A stretch of DNA of 64,000 nucleotides from Parachlamydiaceae bacterium (GTDB taxonomy: Bacteria > Chlamydiota > Chlamydiia > Chlamydiales > Parachlamydiaceae). Position numbers and translations under genes: made by a program. The notes below the pieces were generated by a model that did not search any database, was not told the origin of the DNA, and saw only the letters and a list, made by a program, of their open reading frames with translations. The stretch lies in contig JBAWVE010000001.1 of the NCBI GenBank assembly GCA_037147435.1, positions 464 through 64,463 on the forward strand. Direction: 5' to 3'. This document shows, one piece after another, positions 39,739-48,930 of the stretch. Numbering within the stretch: the stretch's first letter is position 1; every line of letters starts with the position of its first letter.

Positions 39739-39948
39739 ATGACAGTAAAAGAAGCTCAATTAATTACAGTTAGACAATTTTGTGAGAGATACTCTTATCC
39801 ATCTGAAAGTGCTTTGAGAGCAATTATTTTGGATGCCTCGATCAATGGCTTTGATAAGGCCATTTTCCGAGTGGGTCGTCGTGTCTTAGTCAATGTTCCT
39901 GCTTTTTTTCAAATCATCGAAGAGAAGAATGGAGGGAAAAAACTATGA
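39739..39948 (+). CDS. Excisionase/AlpA-like helix-turn-helix DNA-binding protein
   Basis: 69 aa. LITVRQFCERYSYPSESALRAIIL...FRVGRRVLVNVPAFFQIIEE resembles the excisionase-family HTH (HTH_17) layout. GAGGAGG Shine-Dalgarno upstream. Confidence 0.55.
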   Translation: MTVKEAQLITVRQFCERYSYPSESALRAIILDASINGFDKAIFRVGRRVLVNVPAFFQIIEEKNGGKKL

Positions 39949-40083
39949 GAGGAAGGCATGAAAAAAAATATACCTCGTCCCCACTGGAAATGAGGACAAG
40001 GTATGAAAAATGAACATTGGCAATTTAACCATAAGTCTACAGAGCGCCAACTCAATAGGCTTACATCATAAGGACAAGACAAA

Positions 40084-41922
40084 ATGAATATTAGCATGGC
40101 AGAGGAGATTTCTCAACAAAATTCGGATCTCGAAATCATCCGACATCGCGTCCGAGAAATAGAGAAAAAATGCGATGAACAACGAGAAAGGGAACTCACT
40201 CGGCTTCCTCCTGGATTTTATTTAGATGACACCAGTCTCTGGTATCAGGAACCTAAAGAAGATGAGGATGAAAGCCCTGTCCGCTTACGCATCTGTTCCC
40301 GCCTCGAAATTATAGCAGTCACACGCAATCAGCACGGTGAAGATTTTGGACGATTACTCCAGTGGCATGATTGCGATGGGCGCATGCATACCTGGGCGAT
40401 GCCCATGTCGATGCTTGCTAGCGAAGGATATCCCTACTTGGGAGAACTGTTATCAAAAGGGCTTGAGATAGAACCCGGAAGAATGGCTCGTCAAAAACTC
40501 ACGGTGTACATTCAATCCTCTCGACCTACAGCAAGAGGATTATGCACGCCTCATGTTGGTTGGCATCACGACTGCTTTGTCCTGCCTTCGAGGACAATAG
40601 GACAAACCTCAAATGAACGAGTAATTCTTCAATCTACCTACTCAGCCGGGCATTTTTCGACGAAAGGAACTTTGGAAAACTGGCAACAGATCCCCAAGTT
40701 ATGTGCTGGAAACAGTAGGCTTGTTTTTGCACTGTCTATGTCTTTTGCCTCCATTTTGCTGACTCCATTAGGGATCGAAAGCGGAGGCGTTCATTTTCAA
40801 GGCACAAGTTCCTTGGGAAAAACGACAATTTTAAGAGTCGCCGCCACACCTTGGGGCGGAAAAGACTACGTTCTCACTTGGCGGGCCACAACCAATGGAT
40901 TAGAGGGAATAGCCATGAATCACAATGATACTTTGCTTTGCCTCGATGAATTGGGTCAGAGCGATCCCGACAAGGTGGGAGAAGCTACCTATATGCTGGC
41001 TAATGGCTCCAAAAAAGTACGATCCGATGCCTCGGGTGATTCCAAGCCTACAGCAAAATGGCGCATACTCTATCTCTCGAGTGGAGAGACCAATCTCGCA
41101 GGACATCTCATGCAAGCAGGCAAAAAAACACGAGCAGGACAAGAAGTCCGCATACTGGATATTCCAGCCGATACAGGCAAATATGGAGCATTTGAAAACC
41201 TGCATCACTATCCGACAGGTGATGCTTTTGCCAATGCCTTAAATCTGCTCACCACACAATTTTATGGCACCGCAGCTATTCATTTTATCGAACAGCTCAT
41301 AGCCAATAAAAGCGAGTATTTAAAACTGACCAAAGAAAAAATGCAGCAGTTTGAGCGAGAGTGTTTCCCTCCAAAAGCTTCCGGTCAGGTAGCTCGAGTA
41401 TTGAATCGTTTCGCCATTATTGCTGCTGCAGGTGAACTGGCAACGAAGATGGGGATCACTGGCTGGCAAGATGGAGAAGCTTTTCAAGGAGTGAAATCTT
41501 GCTTTGAGGCTTGGTTATTCACAAGAGGAAGTGTCGGGCTACTTGAAAGGGAGCAGATTAAAGCCCATATCCGTCGATTTTTTGAGCTAAATGGGGAAAG
41601 CAGATTTATCGATATCGCAGCTTTTAAAGCTCATATAGAGGACCCTTCCTCTAATCAGATGCAAATGCCTCATCAGAAAATTGTTAATCGGGCTGGATTT
41701 CGTGAAAGCGAAATGGAAAAGACAACCTATTACGTTCTTCCGGAAGTATTTAATGTGGAGCTGTGTGCTGGATTCGATAAGAAACTCGTCGAGTCCGTTT
41801 GTATGGAAGAAGGATGGTTGATTCATGGAAAGGAGCGAGTGACATCCAAGAAGAGACTACCTCAGATGGGAGCGAAATGGGTCTATATGTTTACCAATCG
41901 CGTGTTGGGTGATGAAGATTAA
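40084..41922 (+). CDS. DUF927-domain protein with a P-loop (SF3-type replicative helicase-like)
   Basis: N-terminal DUF927-like segment RLPPGFYLDDTSLWYQE...VRLRICSRLEIIAVTRNQHGEDFGRLLQWHDCDGRMHTWAMP. Walker A motif GTSSLGKTT and Walker B-like motif LLCLDELG. Confidence 0.7.
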   Translation: MNISMAEEISQQNSDLEIIRHRVREIEKKCDEQRERELTRLPPGFYLDDTSLWYQEPKEDEDESPVRLRICSRLEIIAVTRNQHGEDFGRLLQWHDCDGRMHTWAMPMSMLASEGYPYLGELLSKGLEIEPGRMARQKLTVYIQSSRPTARGLCTPHVGWHHDCFVLPSRTIGQTSNERVILQSTYSAGHFSTKGTLENWQQIPKLCAGNSRLVFALSMSFASILLTPLGIESGGVHFQGTSSLGKTTILRVAATPWGGKDYVLTWRATTNGLEGIAMNHNDTLLCLDELGQSDPDKVGEATYMLANGSKKVRSDASGDSKPTAKWRILYLSSGETNLAGHLMQAGKKTRAGQEVRILDIPADTGKYGAFENLHHYPTGDAFANALNLLTTQFYGTAAIHFIEQLIANKSEYLKLTKEKMQQFERECFPPKASGQVARVLNRFAIIAAAGELATKMGITGWQDGEAFQGVKSCFEAWLFTRGSVGLLEREQIKAHIRRFFELNGESRFIDIAAFKAHIEDPSSNQMQMPHQKIVNRAGFRESEMEKTTYYVLPEVFNVELCAGFDKKLVESVCMEEGWLIHGKERVTSKKRLPQMGAKWVYMFTNRVLGDED

Positions 41923-41936
41923 GAAGGTAGTTTTTG

Positions 41937-42095
41937 TTGGGAACAGTGGGAACACGGGAACATTATTGAGCTTTATAAGCATTTGTTCCCATGTTCCCCA
42001 TGAACGAACTCTCATCTGGAACAAATAAGAATATGCTAACCTATTGATATTTAGTGGATTCAAAAACTTGTTCCCAAGTTCCCGAAGTTCCCATG
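41937..42095. repeat. Iteron array (GGGAAC/GTTCCC) flanking an AT-rich core; candidate replication origin of the element
   Basis: Three forward GGGAAC copies at 41939-41960 (ttgggaacagtgggaacacgggaaca). Five inverted GTTCCC copies in ttgttcccatgttcccca (about 41983-42000) and ttgttcccaagttcccgaagttccca (about 42069-42094). A related cluster gtgggaacagtgggaattttgggaacg lies at 36914-36940, with further copies at 36987 and 37021. Confidence 0.6.
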
Positions 42096-42128
42096 CAAAA
42101 CAGCCTATAGAAAAATAACGAAGGAATT

Positions 42129-43184
42129 ATGGATTTACTGGATTTAGCAAAAGAAGCAGGACTCTTACCCATTAAGGTAGCTCAAACTAATGGCGGGGAG
42201 TATATTTGTGCCTGTCCCAAGTGCGGCGATGGCGGCAAAGGAAAAAAGTCCGACCGTTTCCATGTATGGCCGAATCAACAAGCTAAAAATTGTATGGGTC
42301 ATTACTGGTGCCGTCAATGCGGAATCAAAGGAGACAGCATTCAATTTTGCCGCGACCTCCTTGGACTAAATTATGCCGATGCGTGCTCCAGATTGAAGGT
42401 ACAGATGACCATTTCTCCAAAAGAATGGGTGACAGACCTCGCTAGACCACAAAAGACATTCAAAAAAGCAGTGATCCCAAACAGCATTTGGCAGTCCAAG
42501 GCATCGGTATTTATAGAGTGGTGTCATGAATTAATCTGGAAATATCCGGCCGTCATTGCATCCCTTAAGCAACGAGGTTTTGATGAAGAGTCTATTCGAT
42601 ATTGGAAACTCGGCTATTGCCCTGAAACCTTTTGGCGCGATCGCTCCTCATGGGGCTTGTCCGAAAAGCCCAATGCAAGCGGCCTCATCGCAAAATTATG
42701 GTTGCCGCAAGGAATCGTCATTCCCACCTTTTCAGATGGCAATGTGACAAAAATTAAAATTCGCAGACCGGATCCACACACACCACAAGAGAAGAAATTC
42801 CAAAAGTATGTCGTAGTCTCCGGCAGCATGGAAGTTCCATCAATTTATGGAGATCTCTCGAAACCCGTTCTCATTATGGAATCAGAGCTAGATGCCATGT
42901 TGACGTTTAAGGCGATAGAAGGAATTTGTTGCGTGATCGCACTGGGCGGAGCGCAAAAGAAGCCTGATTTAGAACTGCATCAGCACCTTAAACAATCCCC
43001 TCGTATTCTTCTTGCCCTCGACTTTGATGAAGGAGGCATGAAAGGCAACCTATTCTGGCGATCGATCTATCCCCAGCTACTTTTTTGGCCAGTACCAGAA
43101 GGCAAGGGACCTGGCGATGCTATTAAACTTGGACTTGATCTTCGACGTTGGGTTGAAGCAGGTCTCAAGGCAATAAAACTGTAG
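42129..43184 (+). CDS. DNA primase-like protein (CHC2-type zinc finger plus Toprim)
   Basis: Zinc finger CPKCGDGGKGKKSDRFHVW...WCRQCGIKGDSIQF. Toprim-like acidic motifs IMESELDAM and LALDFDEGG. Confidence 0.7.
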   Translation: MDLLDLAKEAGLLPIKVAQTNGGEYICACPKCGDGGKGKKSDRFHVWPNQQAKNCMGHYWCRQCGIKGDSIQFCRDLLGLNYADACSRLKVQMTISPKEWVTDLARPQKTFKKAVIPNSIWQSKASVFIEWCHELIWKYPAVIASLKQRGFDEESIRYWKLGYCPETFWRDRSSWGLSEKPNASGLIAKLWLPQGIVIPTFSDGNVTKIKIRRPDPHTPQEKKFQKYVVVSGSMEVPSIYGDLSKPVLIMESELDAMLTFKAIEGICCVIALGGAQKKPDLELHQHLKQSPRILLALDFDEGGMKGNLFWRSIYPQLLFWPVPEGKGPGDAIKLGLDLRRWVEAGLKAIKL

Positions 43185-43207
43185 TTAACAAAAACAAAGG
43201 AAATACC

Positions 43208-43822
43208 ATGAATAATACACCAACTATTCCAGAGAAAGCTGATATGTCTCGTCCTGGATTTAAGGGTTATCAACTTGAACAGAACTCTTCCTCAAAGAAA
43301 TTTGGGAAGTGTCCAGTCCAGTATATTCTTGAAGGAGACCAGGAAAAGCCAAGGGCTTCTATTATTTTGAATCCCAACGAGCAATGGTGCCAGTCACCTG
43401 CGGAAGCGTTACAATGTGCTCTAACACGAATAACTGGCACTAATGACCAAGATCTAGCGAAAGACATCATCGATAGAGCTATTTCTGCAATGCCCATGGC
43501 CAATGGAAAGGAGCATAATACAAATGTCGTCTACCAGTCTCTATCTGATTGTGGGCCTAAAGACTCCCTGGAAGCCAAACTTTGCGCGCAATGTACGGCT
43601 CTATATGCTCAAGGAATGCAATATCTATCCCGAGTAGAAAAATCTGATATGATGTGCCAGATCGAATTTAATATGAAATGTGCCATAAAGCTGCTTCGCC
43701 TTCACAATGAGACCACAGAGGCGTTGGCACGCTATCGTCGCAAAGGCGAGCAAAAGGTCGTTGTACAACATGTTAATGTGAATGACGGCGGCAAAGCGAT
43801 TGTTGGGAATATGATATCCTAA
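43208..43822 (+). CDS. Hypothetical protein, conserved mobile-element partner of HGGxSTG proteins (from memory)
   Basis: The C-terminus RYRRKGEQKVVVQHVNVNDGGKAIVGN resembles tails I recall in proteins encoded next to HGGxSTG genes. Confidence 0.5.
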   Translation: MNNTPTIPEKADMSRPGFKGYQLEQNSSSKKFGKCPVQYILEGDQEKPRASIILNPNEQWCQSPAEALQCALTRITGTNDQDLAKDIIDRAISAMPMANGKEHNTNVVYQSLSDCGPKDSLEAKLCAQCTALYAQGMQYLSRVEKSDMMCQIEFNMKCAIKLLRLHNETTEALARYRRKGEQKVVVQHVNVNDGGKAIVGNMIS

Positions 43823-43838
43823 TGGAGGGGGGAGGGTA

Positions 43839-44105
43839 ATGAAAAAAACGAGCGAGGTACCCCATGATTCGAGTATCTGTGGGGCAAAAGCAAGGACAAA
43901 TGAACATCAATCTTGCAGGCGAATTGCGATGAAAAATGGTCGCTGTCATTTGCATGGGGGCAAAAGTACTGGTTCGAAAACTCCAGAGGGAAGGTTAATT
44001 CAGAAAATGGCTTCTTGGAAACACGGAATGCGATCAAAGGAGGCGATAGCCGAAGCAAAAACTATACGGCAAATGATGCATGCCTATCGAGAAGAATTAA
44101 AATAA
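43839..44105 (+). CDS. HGGxSTG-motif small protein
   Basis: CRRIAMKNGRCHLHGGKSTGSKTPEG matches the HGGxSTG domain pattern seen in phage- and island-encoded proteins. Confidence 0.6.
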   Translation: MKKTSEVPHDSSICGAKARTNEHQSCRRIAMKNGRCHLHGGKSTGSKTPEGRLIQKMASWKHGMRSKEAIAEAKTIRQMMHAYREELK

Positions 44106-44318
44106 TCTGGACCAAAACCTCTGACTTATTCTGATATGTCCGTGACATTGGACCAAATTGAAAATGCTCCTGACTTTCCCCGCATTTCGTCTCATCTTGT
44201 CCTGGCAATTTTCCAGTTTTTCTAGTAAACTCCCCCTTACTATCAGCAAACATTTGCAAAAACAGCCTACTCATGAGACGTTATTTTTTAAAAGCATAAG
44301 AGAGGCAACAAGGAAGCC

Positions 44319-44765
44319 ATGTCGGTGTACGAGATTGAAAAAGAAATAGACAAGATCAGACAGGAAGACAAGATATTGCTCTAGAATTTCAAAAAATGGC
44401 TAGAAAAAGATGGTCTAAGTAGGAAAACCATCGATAATCATGTCAAAAACAGTGACTTTTTTATAAACGAATTTCTCGTCTATGAGGATGCAGTACCTGC
44501 AAATGAAGGCTGTTCACAGATCAGTATGTTTCTGGGATATTGGTTTATAAGGAAAGCTATGTGGGCGAGCCCTGCAGCGATTAAGGAAAATGCGGCAAGT
44601 TTAAAGAAATTCTACACATTCCTTCATGAAGTCGGTGAGATTGAGGAAAAAGACCTTAAGGAAATGAACAAGACAATAAAGAAAAAAATGCCTGATTGGG
44701 TAGCAACCATGGATCGTTACGATGATCCAGAGGTGACTGACATGGCGGAAGTATGGGATTTATAG
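44319..44765 (+). pseudogene. Integrase N-terminal (SAM-like) domain-only gene interrupted by an in-frame TAG
   Basis: The frame from ATG 44319 to the stop at 44765 (149 codons) has one in-frame TAG at 44382-44384. Translation ...FKKWLEKDGLSRKTIDNHVKNSDFFINEFL...AASLKKFYTFLHEVGEI resembles a phage-integrase N-terminal domain. No catalytic domain follows. Confidence 0.5.
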
Positions 44766-44772
44766 GAATAAA

Positions 44773-45261
44773 ATGAACATGTCAGAAAACCTTCAAAAAA
44801 TGGATGCGATGCTTCAAAAAAATCGGCAAAAATTTGCAGCTGTAAAAAAACTAGAGCTCCCTATTGGTCAATATGCCATTACAGGCAGTGGTGCACTCGG
44901 CATTCGAAATTTAAGAGAGATAGGCGATATAGATATTATTGTAACTGACGATTTGTGGAACGTTCTTGCTTCAAAATATGGTGTAACTGACGAAACAGGG
45001 GTCAAAAAGATAGTTTTTCCCAATGGAATTGTTGAAGCACTTGGGGAATGCTCGTTTTATACAGAAAAAAAAGATCCTGACGCACCAACAATAGCTGATC
45101 GTATTACACATGCTGAAATTATTGAAGGTCTTCCTTTTGAATCCCTTGAACACGTCCTTTACTATAAGCGTAAAATGAGTAGAGAGAAGGATATACGTGA
45201 TGTACTGATCATTGAAGAATGGCAAAAGTCGAAACGAGTGAATCAAGATGCTGATGAATAA
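44773..45261 (+). CDS. Small nucleotidyltransferase-fold protein
   Basis: Minimal NTase motif ITGSGALGIRNLREIGDIDIIV (GS...DxD). Confidence 0.5.
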   Translation: MNMSENLQKMDAMLQKNRQKFAAVKKLELPIGQYAITGSGALGIRNLREIGDIDIIVTDDLWNVLASKYGVTDETGVKKIVFPNGIVEALGECSFYTEKKDPDAPTIADRITHAEIIEGLPFESLEHVLYYKRKMSREKDIRDVLIIEEWQKSKRVNQDADE

Positions 45262-45976
45262 ATTAGTGATTTTCGATTGTGATGGCGTTTTAGTTGACAG
45301 TGAGATCATTTCAAATAGGATTGATGCTGAGGCTTTGACTTCTTTTGGTTATCCGATAACAGCAGAAGAAAGCATTAAGAGATTCACAGGATTGAATGCA
45401 AAAGCTGTTCGTAAAATCATTTTAAATGAATCAGGCATTGATATTCCCTTGGATTACTTGACCTCACAACAACCGATCGTTATGAAGGCATTTGAAACAG
45501 AGTTGAGTTCTTTGGTTAAGCCTGTGTTGGAGAGCATTAATGAAATGAAGATTAGTCGATGTGTAGCCTCAAGTAGCCCTAGAAATCGTGTAATTCGCTG
45601 CCTTGAATTAACCGAGCAGTTCATATATTTCAACGACCAATCGATTTTTACATCTCAACAAGTATCCAACGGAAAACCTGCACCAGATTTATTCCTCTTT
45701 GCTGCAAATCAGATGGGATTTAAAGCGAAAGATTGCATTGTCATCGAAGATAGTGCTGCAGGAATTGAAGCAGCTATTTCAGCGGACATGCGTGTTATTG
45801 CTTTCTTAGGTGGAGGTCACGCGCGCCACGATTGGTATCAAGAAAAAATCCAAGCTTACGATGTGCCAATTGCTAGAAATTGTAATGAGCTTTTACAGGT
45901 ATTAGAAAATTTGTTGCAAACTCAACTATTGACCATTGAAACGAGTGGAGCAGGAGAGTCAGTTAAGAAGTATTAG
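45248..45976 (+). CDS. HAD-superfamily phosphatase (beta-phosphoglucomutase-like subfamily IA)
   Basis: Motif I VIFDCDGVLVDSE, motif II CVASSS, and motif III/IV GKPAPD...VIEDSAAGIEAA. Confidence 0.8.
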   Translation: MLMNKLVIFDCDGVLVDSEIISNRIDAEALTSFGYPITAEESIKRFTGLNAKAVRKIILNESGIDIPLDYLTSQQPIVMKAFETELSSLVKPVLESINEMKISRCVASSSPRNRVIRCLELTEQFIYFNDQSIFTSQQVSNGKPAPDLFLFAANQMGFKAKDCIVIEDSAAGIEAAISADMRVIAFLGGGHARHDWYQEKIQAYDVPIARNCNELLQVLENLLQTQLLTIETSGAGESVKKY

Positions 45977-46154
45977 GAAGAATCCATAATGACACAGAAG
46001 CTGTGTACGATAGGATAGGAAGCCTGATTGAACCGCGATGCCATTACTAACAGGATCATTTCTTCATGAGATTGCTCAGCCATGATCTATATTCCACTCA
46101 TTTTCAAGAAACTTCCAACATTTGATGTATACGCTCATTTATCGTTCGTAAACC

Positions 46155-46835
46155 CTACTGATCATGGGCCATAACTCTCGTACAAGCTTTTCGTAAAATG
46201 ACCATATTATAGGCATCATCCCAAAAATGCCACTCAAATAGAGAACAGTATTCAAAGGCATTTTCCATGCGTACCAATGTATCTGCAGAACATTGGCCTG
46301 CCATCTCATCGAGGATCGAGATAGCCAGATCAGTTCCTTCTGAAAATTCTTGGCTAGAGTATGTATCTATCCAGCACATGTAAGGGTTATCTTCAGCAAC
46401 GTGCGCGGCAATATTTAACCCCACTTCTCTATAAATCCAGAAGCAGGGCAAGACTGCAGCTATAGCCTCTTCCAAAGGAGCTGTTGCAGCCGTTGCAATT
46501 AGATATTGGGTATATGCCATACAAGCGGGAGAAGGTTCAATATTATCACAATCGTAGTTTGGGGGTAAAAAATTTGCATGCAATTCCCGTTCTGCAACAA
46601 GGGCTCCCAGAGAAAAATTTAAAAAATGATGGGTGATTTTTGAAGAACCTGCCCGAGCCGCGATGAATGCTAAGGCGCGAGAAAAGCCAATCAAATAATA
46701 GGCATCTTGCTCCATATAAAAAACAAACGACTCTCGATCTAAAGTCCCTTGAGCTAACTCAACATTAAAGGGGTGATCGATGATTCTTTGGTAAATTGGA
46801 GCAGTTCGCTGCCAAAGAGTGTCTGAAAATTTCAT
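46155..46835 (-). CDS. tenA: TenA-family aminopyrimidine aminohydrolase (thiaminase II)
   Basis: TenA-like N-terminus TLWQRTAPIYQRIIDHPFNVELAQGTLDRESFVFYMEQDAYYL. Last gene of the thi operon, with a 4-nt overlap with the MFS gene. Confidence 0.8.
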   Translation of the reverse strand: MKFSDTLWQRTAPIYQRIIDHPFNVELAQGTLDRESFVFYMEQDAYYLIGFSRALAFIAARAGSSKITHHFLNFSLGALVAERELHANFLPPNYDCDNIEPSPACMAYTQYLIATAATAPLEEAIAAVLPCFWIYREVGLNIAAHVAEDNPYMCWIDTYSSQEFSEGTDLAISILDEMAGQCSADTLVRMENAFEYCSLFEWHFWDDAYNMVILRKACTRVMAHDQ

Positions 46836-48079
46836 GCCAAAACCTCTTTGGGTTTTCGGTAAAAAATGAGACAGCCAAATGCACCTAGAGCAATGGCCAA
46901 GGGATATATACAGCAGATTACTAAAGAATGAGACTTCTCAAAGATCAGCAGACAGATCGGGACGGTGCTCCCTCCAAAAATAGACGTTGCAATGGCCGAG
47001 CTAATAAATATTCCTCGACAACGGGTTTTTACCTCAAATTGGTGTAGCATCCAACTATGAATAGGGCCTATGACAAGACAGGCACAAGCAGTAAGAATGA
47101 TTTGTAAAATAAATAAATTTTTACAGAGATAACAAGAAGGAATGATTGCGATAGCGAATAACCAAATGCCAGTCAGCATGACTTTTTCTATACCTATTCG
47201 ATCTGCTATCAAACCTGCTAAAACTAGAAGTAATCCATATGCAATCAAAGACTTAAAAGTATCAAAATTTTGACTTGTAGTTTGATCAAAATGTTCCAAA
47301 GGCAAAAAAATAAATATAAACGTATAGCTAACGATGAAAAATGCCAAAATCACCACAACATTTCCGATTGTCCTCCAGTTAGATTTAATAAAATTGGACC
47401 AATTTACTCCTTTTAGTGACTCTTTCGAGATGGCAGTAAATGCTGGTGTTTCTTGGCAATGATTTTTCAACAAATAACTAATCAATCCGCCAAGAGCTCC
47501 CACAAAAAAACAAACCCGAATCCATAGCTCGTTTTCCATCAAAAAAGAGAGTGTTGTTAAGCCATTAGCAGCAACTAGTCCAAATACGGCAAATAGACAA
47601 CTTAATGAACTCATTAGGCCACTCTGTTTCTCCTTTGAATGTTCAAGAGAAAAGACGATTGAACCATGGTACTCGCCACCTGAAAAAAAATGCTGAGCAC
47701 AAATTAAAACCAGGAAGCAAATCCAGGCTTCGTCTGCTAGCAAATGAAGAGGGACAAACCCCATCATCCCAGTTGCGACAGCAAGTCCTAATGTAGAATA
47801 GATACAAGTCTTTTGCCTTCCTCGTTTATCTCCAATGAAACCATAGTAGATAGCTCCCAAGGGATAAAGAAAGCAGGATCCAATGAGAACGAGAGAATAA
47901 GAGAAAAAAACAGCGTTCTCTGCTGTTGTCTGTTGGAATATGAATTTCGCAAGCAATGGCGCAATAAAACTATAGATTGCCATGTTATAAGCTTCTACCA
48001 AACTAGAAACCCAACCGATCCAAACTTCTTTGGGGAGTGTTTTAAAGACTCTGGATTCAAGGAGGAAAGTAAAGTTCAC
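46832..48079 (-). CDS. MFS transporter embedded in the thiamine salvage operon (candidate thiamine-precursor importer)
   Basis: About 12 hydrophobic segments and the MFS loop motif GDKRGRQKT. Overlaps thiD and tenA by 4 nt each. Confidence 0.7.
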   Translation of the reverse strand: MNFTFLLESRVFKTLPKEVWIGWVSSLVEAYNMAIYSFIAPLLAKFIFQQTTAENAVFFSYSLVLIGSCFLYPLGAIYYGFIGDKRGRQKTCIYSTLGLAVATGMMGFVPLHLLADEAWICFLVLICAQHFFSGGEYHGSIVFSLEHSKEKQSGLMSSLSCLFAVFGLVAANGLTTLSFLMENELWIRVCFFVGALGGLISYLLKNHCQETPAFTAISKESLKGVNWSNFIKSNWRTIGNVVVILAFFIVSYTFIFIFLPLEHFDQTTSQNFDTFKSLIAYGLLLVLAGLIADRIGIEKVMLTGIWLFAIAIIPSCYLCKNLFILQIILTACACLVIGPIHSWMLHQFEVKTRCRGIFISSAIATSIFGGSTVPICLLIFEKSHSLVICCIYPLAIALGAFGCLIFYRKPKEVLA

Positions 48080-48921
48080 TTACCCTCTCTTTTTTGTGAA
48101 GATATGAAGTTCCATAAATGATGAAAGTGATGAACAGGCCCATTCCCTTGACCAGTTTTTATTTGGGCTCCTGCTTCGATGGATTTTGTCAGATAAGCTT
48201 TTGCTCGGCTGACGGAATTAAAAATAGTAAAACCCATTGCCAAGAAGGAGGCTATTGCTGCTGAAAATGTGCATCCTGTTCCATGAGTGTTTTTCGTTTG
48301 AATTCTTGGTCCTGAAAGCCAATGAATGTTGACGGTAGGATTTCTCAAAGCTAAGCAATCATCACAATTACCGTTCAGATGCCCACCTTTTACAACCACT
48401 GCCTGAGGACCCATTCCAATCAAATCAATAGCTGCTTGTTCCATTTGGTCTTTGGTTCTGATTTCTCTTCCTAATAGCTCAGAGGCTTCTAATAAATTAG
48501 GGGTTAAGACCGTGGTAATGGGAAAGAGGCGTTCCCTCATCGTAGCAATTGCGTCGGGCAGTAAAAGTTTATCTCCACTTTTTGCCACCATCACTGGATC
48601 TAATACGATATTCATGACGCCGTACTGAGATAAAATATGAGCAACGGAGTCAACAATATCCTGACGGTGCAACATGCCTATTTTCACAGCATTCATCTGC
48701 ATATCATCCAAAATGGCCTTTATCTGCTCCTCTATGCATACAGTCGTTATGTCATAAATCGACCTAACTCCCAGTGTGTTTTGAACGGGAATCGCTGTTA
48801 AGGCTGTTGTCCCATAACACCCTAATGCGGAAAATGTTTTTAGATCTGCTTGAATCCCAGCCCCGCCGCTCCCATCAAATCCTGCTATTGTAAGAACCTT
48901 GTAAAATTGATTGTTTTCCAT
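48076..48921 (-). CDS. thiD: Hydroxymethylpyrimidine/phosphomethylpyrimidine kinase
   Basis: ThiD pattern TIAGFDGSGGAGIQADLKTFSALG...VKIGML...HGTGCTFSAAIA. Confidence 0.9.
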   Translation of the reverse strand: MENNQFYKVLTIAGFDGSGGAGIQADLKTFSALGCYGTTALTAIPVQNTLGVRSIYDITTVCIEEQIKAILDDMQMNAVKIGMLHRQDIVDSVAHILSQYGVMNIVLDPVMVAKSGDKLLLPDAIATMRERLFPITTVLTPNLLEASELLGREIRTKDQMEQAAIDLIGMGPQAVVVKGGHLNGNCDDCLALRNPTVNIHWLSGPRIQTKNTHGTGCTFSAAIASFLAMGFTIFNSVSRAKAYLTKSIEAGAQIKTGQGNGPVHHFHHLWNFISSQKREGK

Positions 48922-48930
48922 TTTTTCGTC

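Larger units (their letters stand above)
36742..44105. mobile_element. tRNA-linked integrative element (minimum extent): integrase, Xis-like HTH, DUF927/SF3 helicase, zinc-finger/Toprim primase, iterons; the right boundary is unresolved
   Basis: It starts right after the tRNA 3' end. Gene content is typical of P4-like or satellite-like integrative elements. No direct repeat of the tRNA 3' end could be located by eye, so the true end may be further right, possibly near 58.7 kb. Confidence 0.6.
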
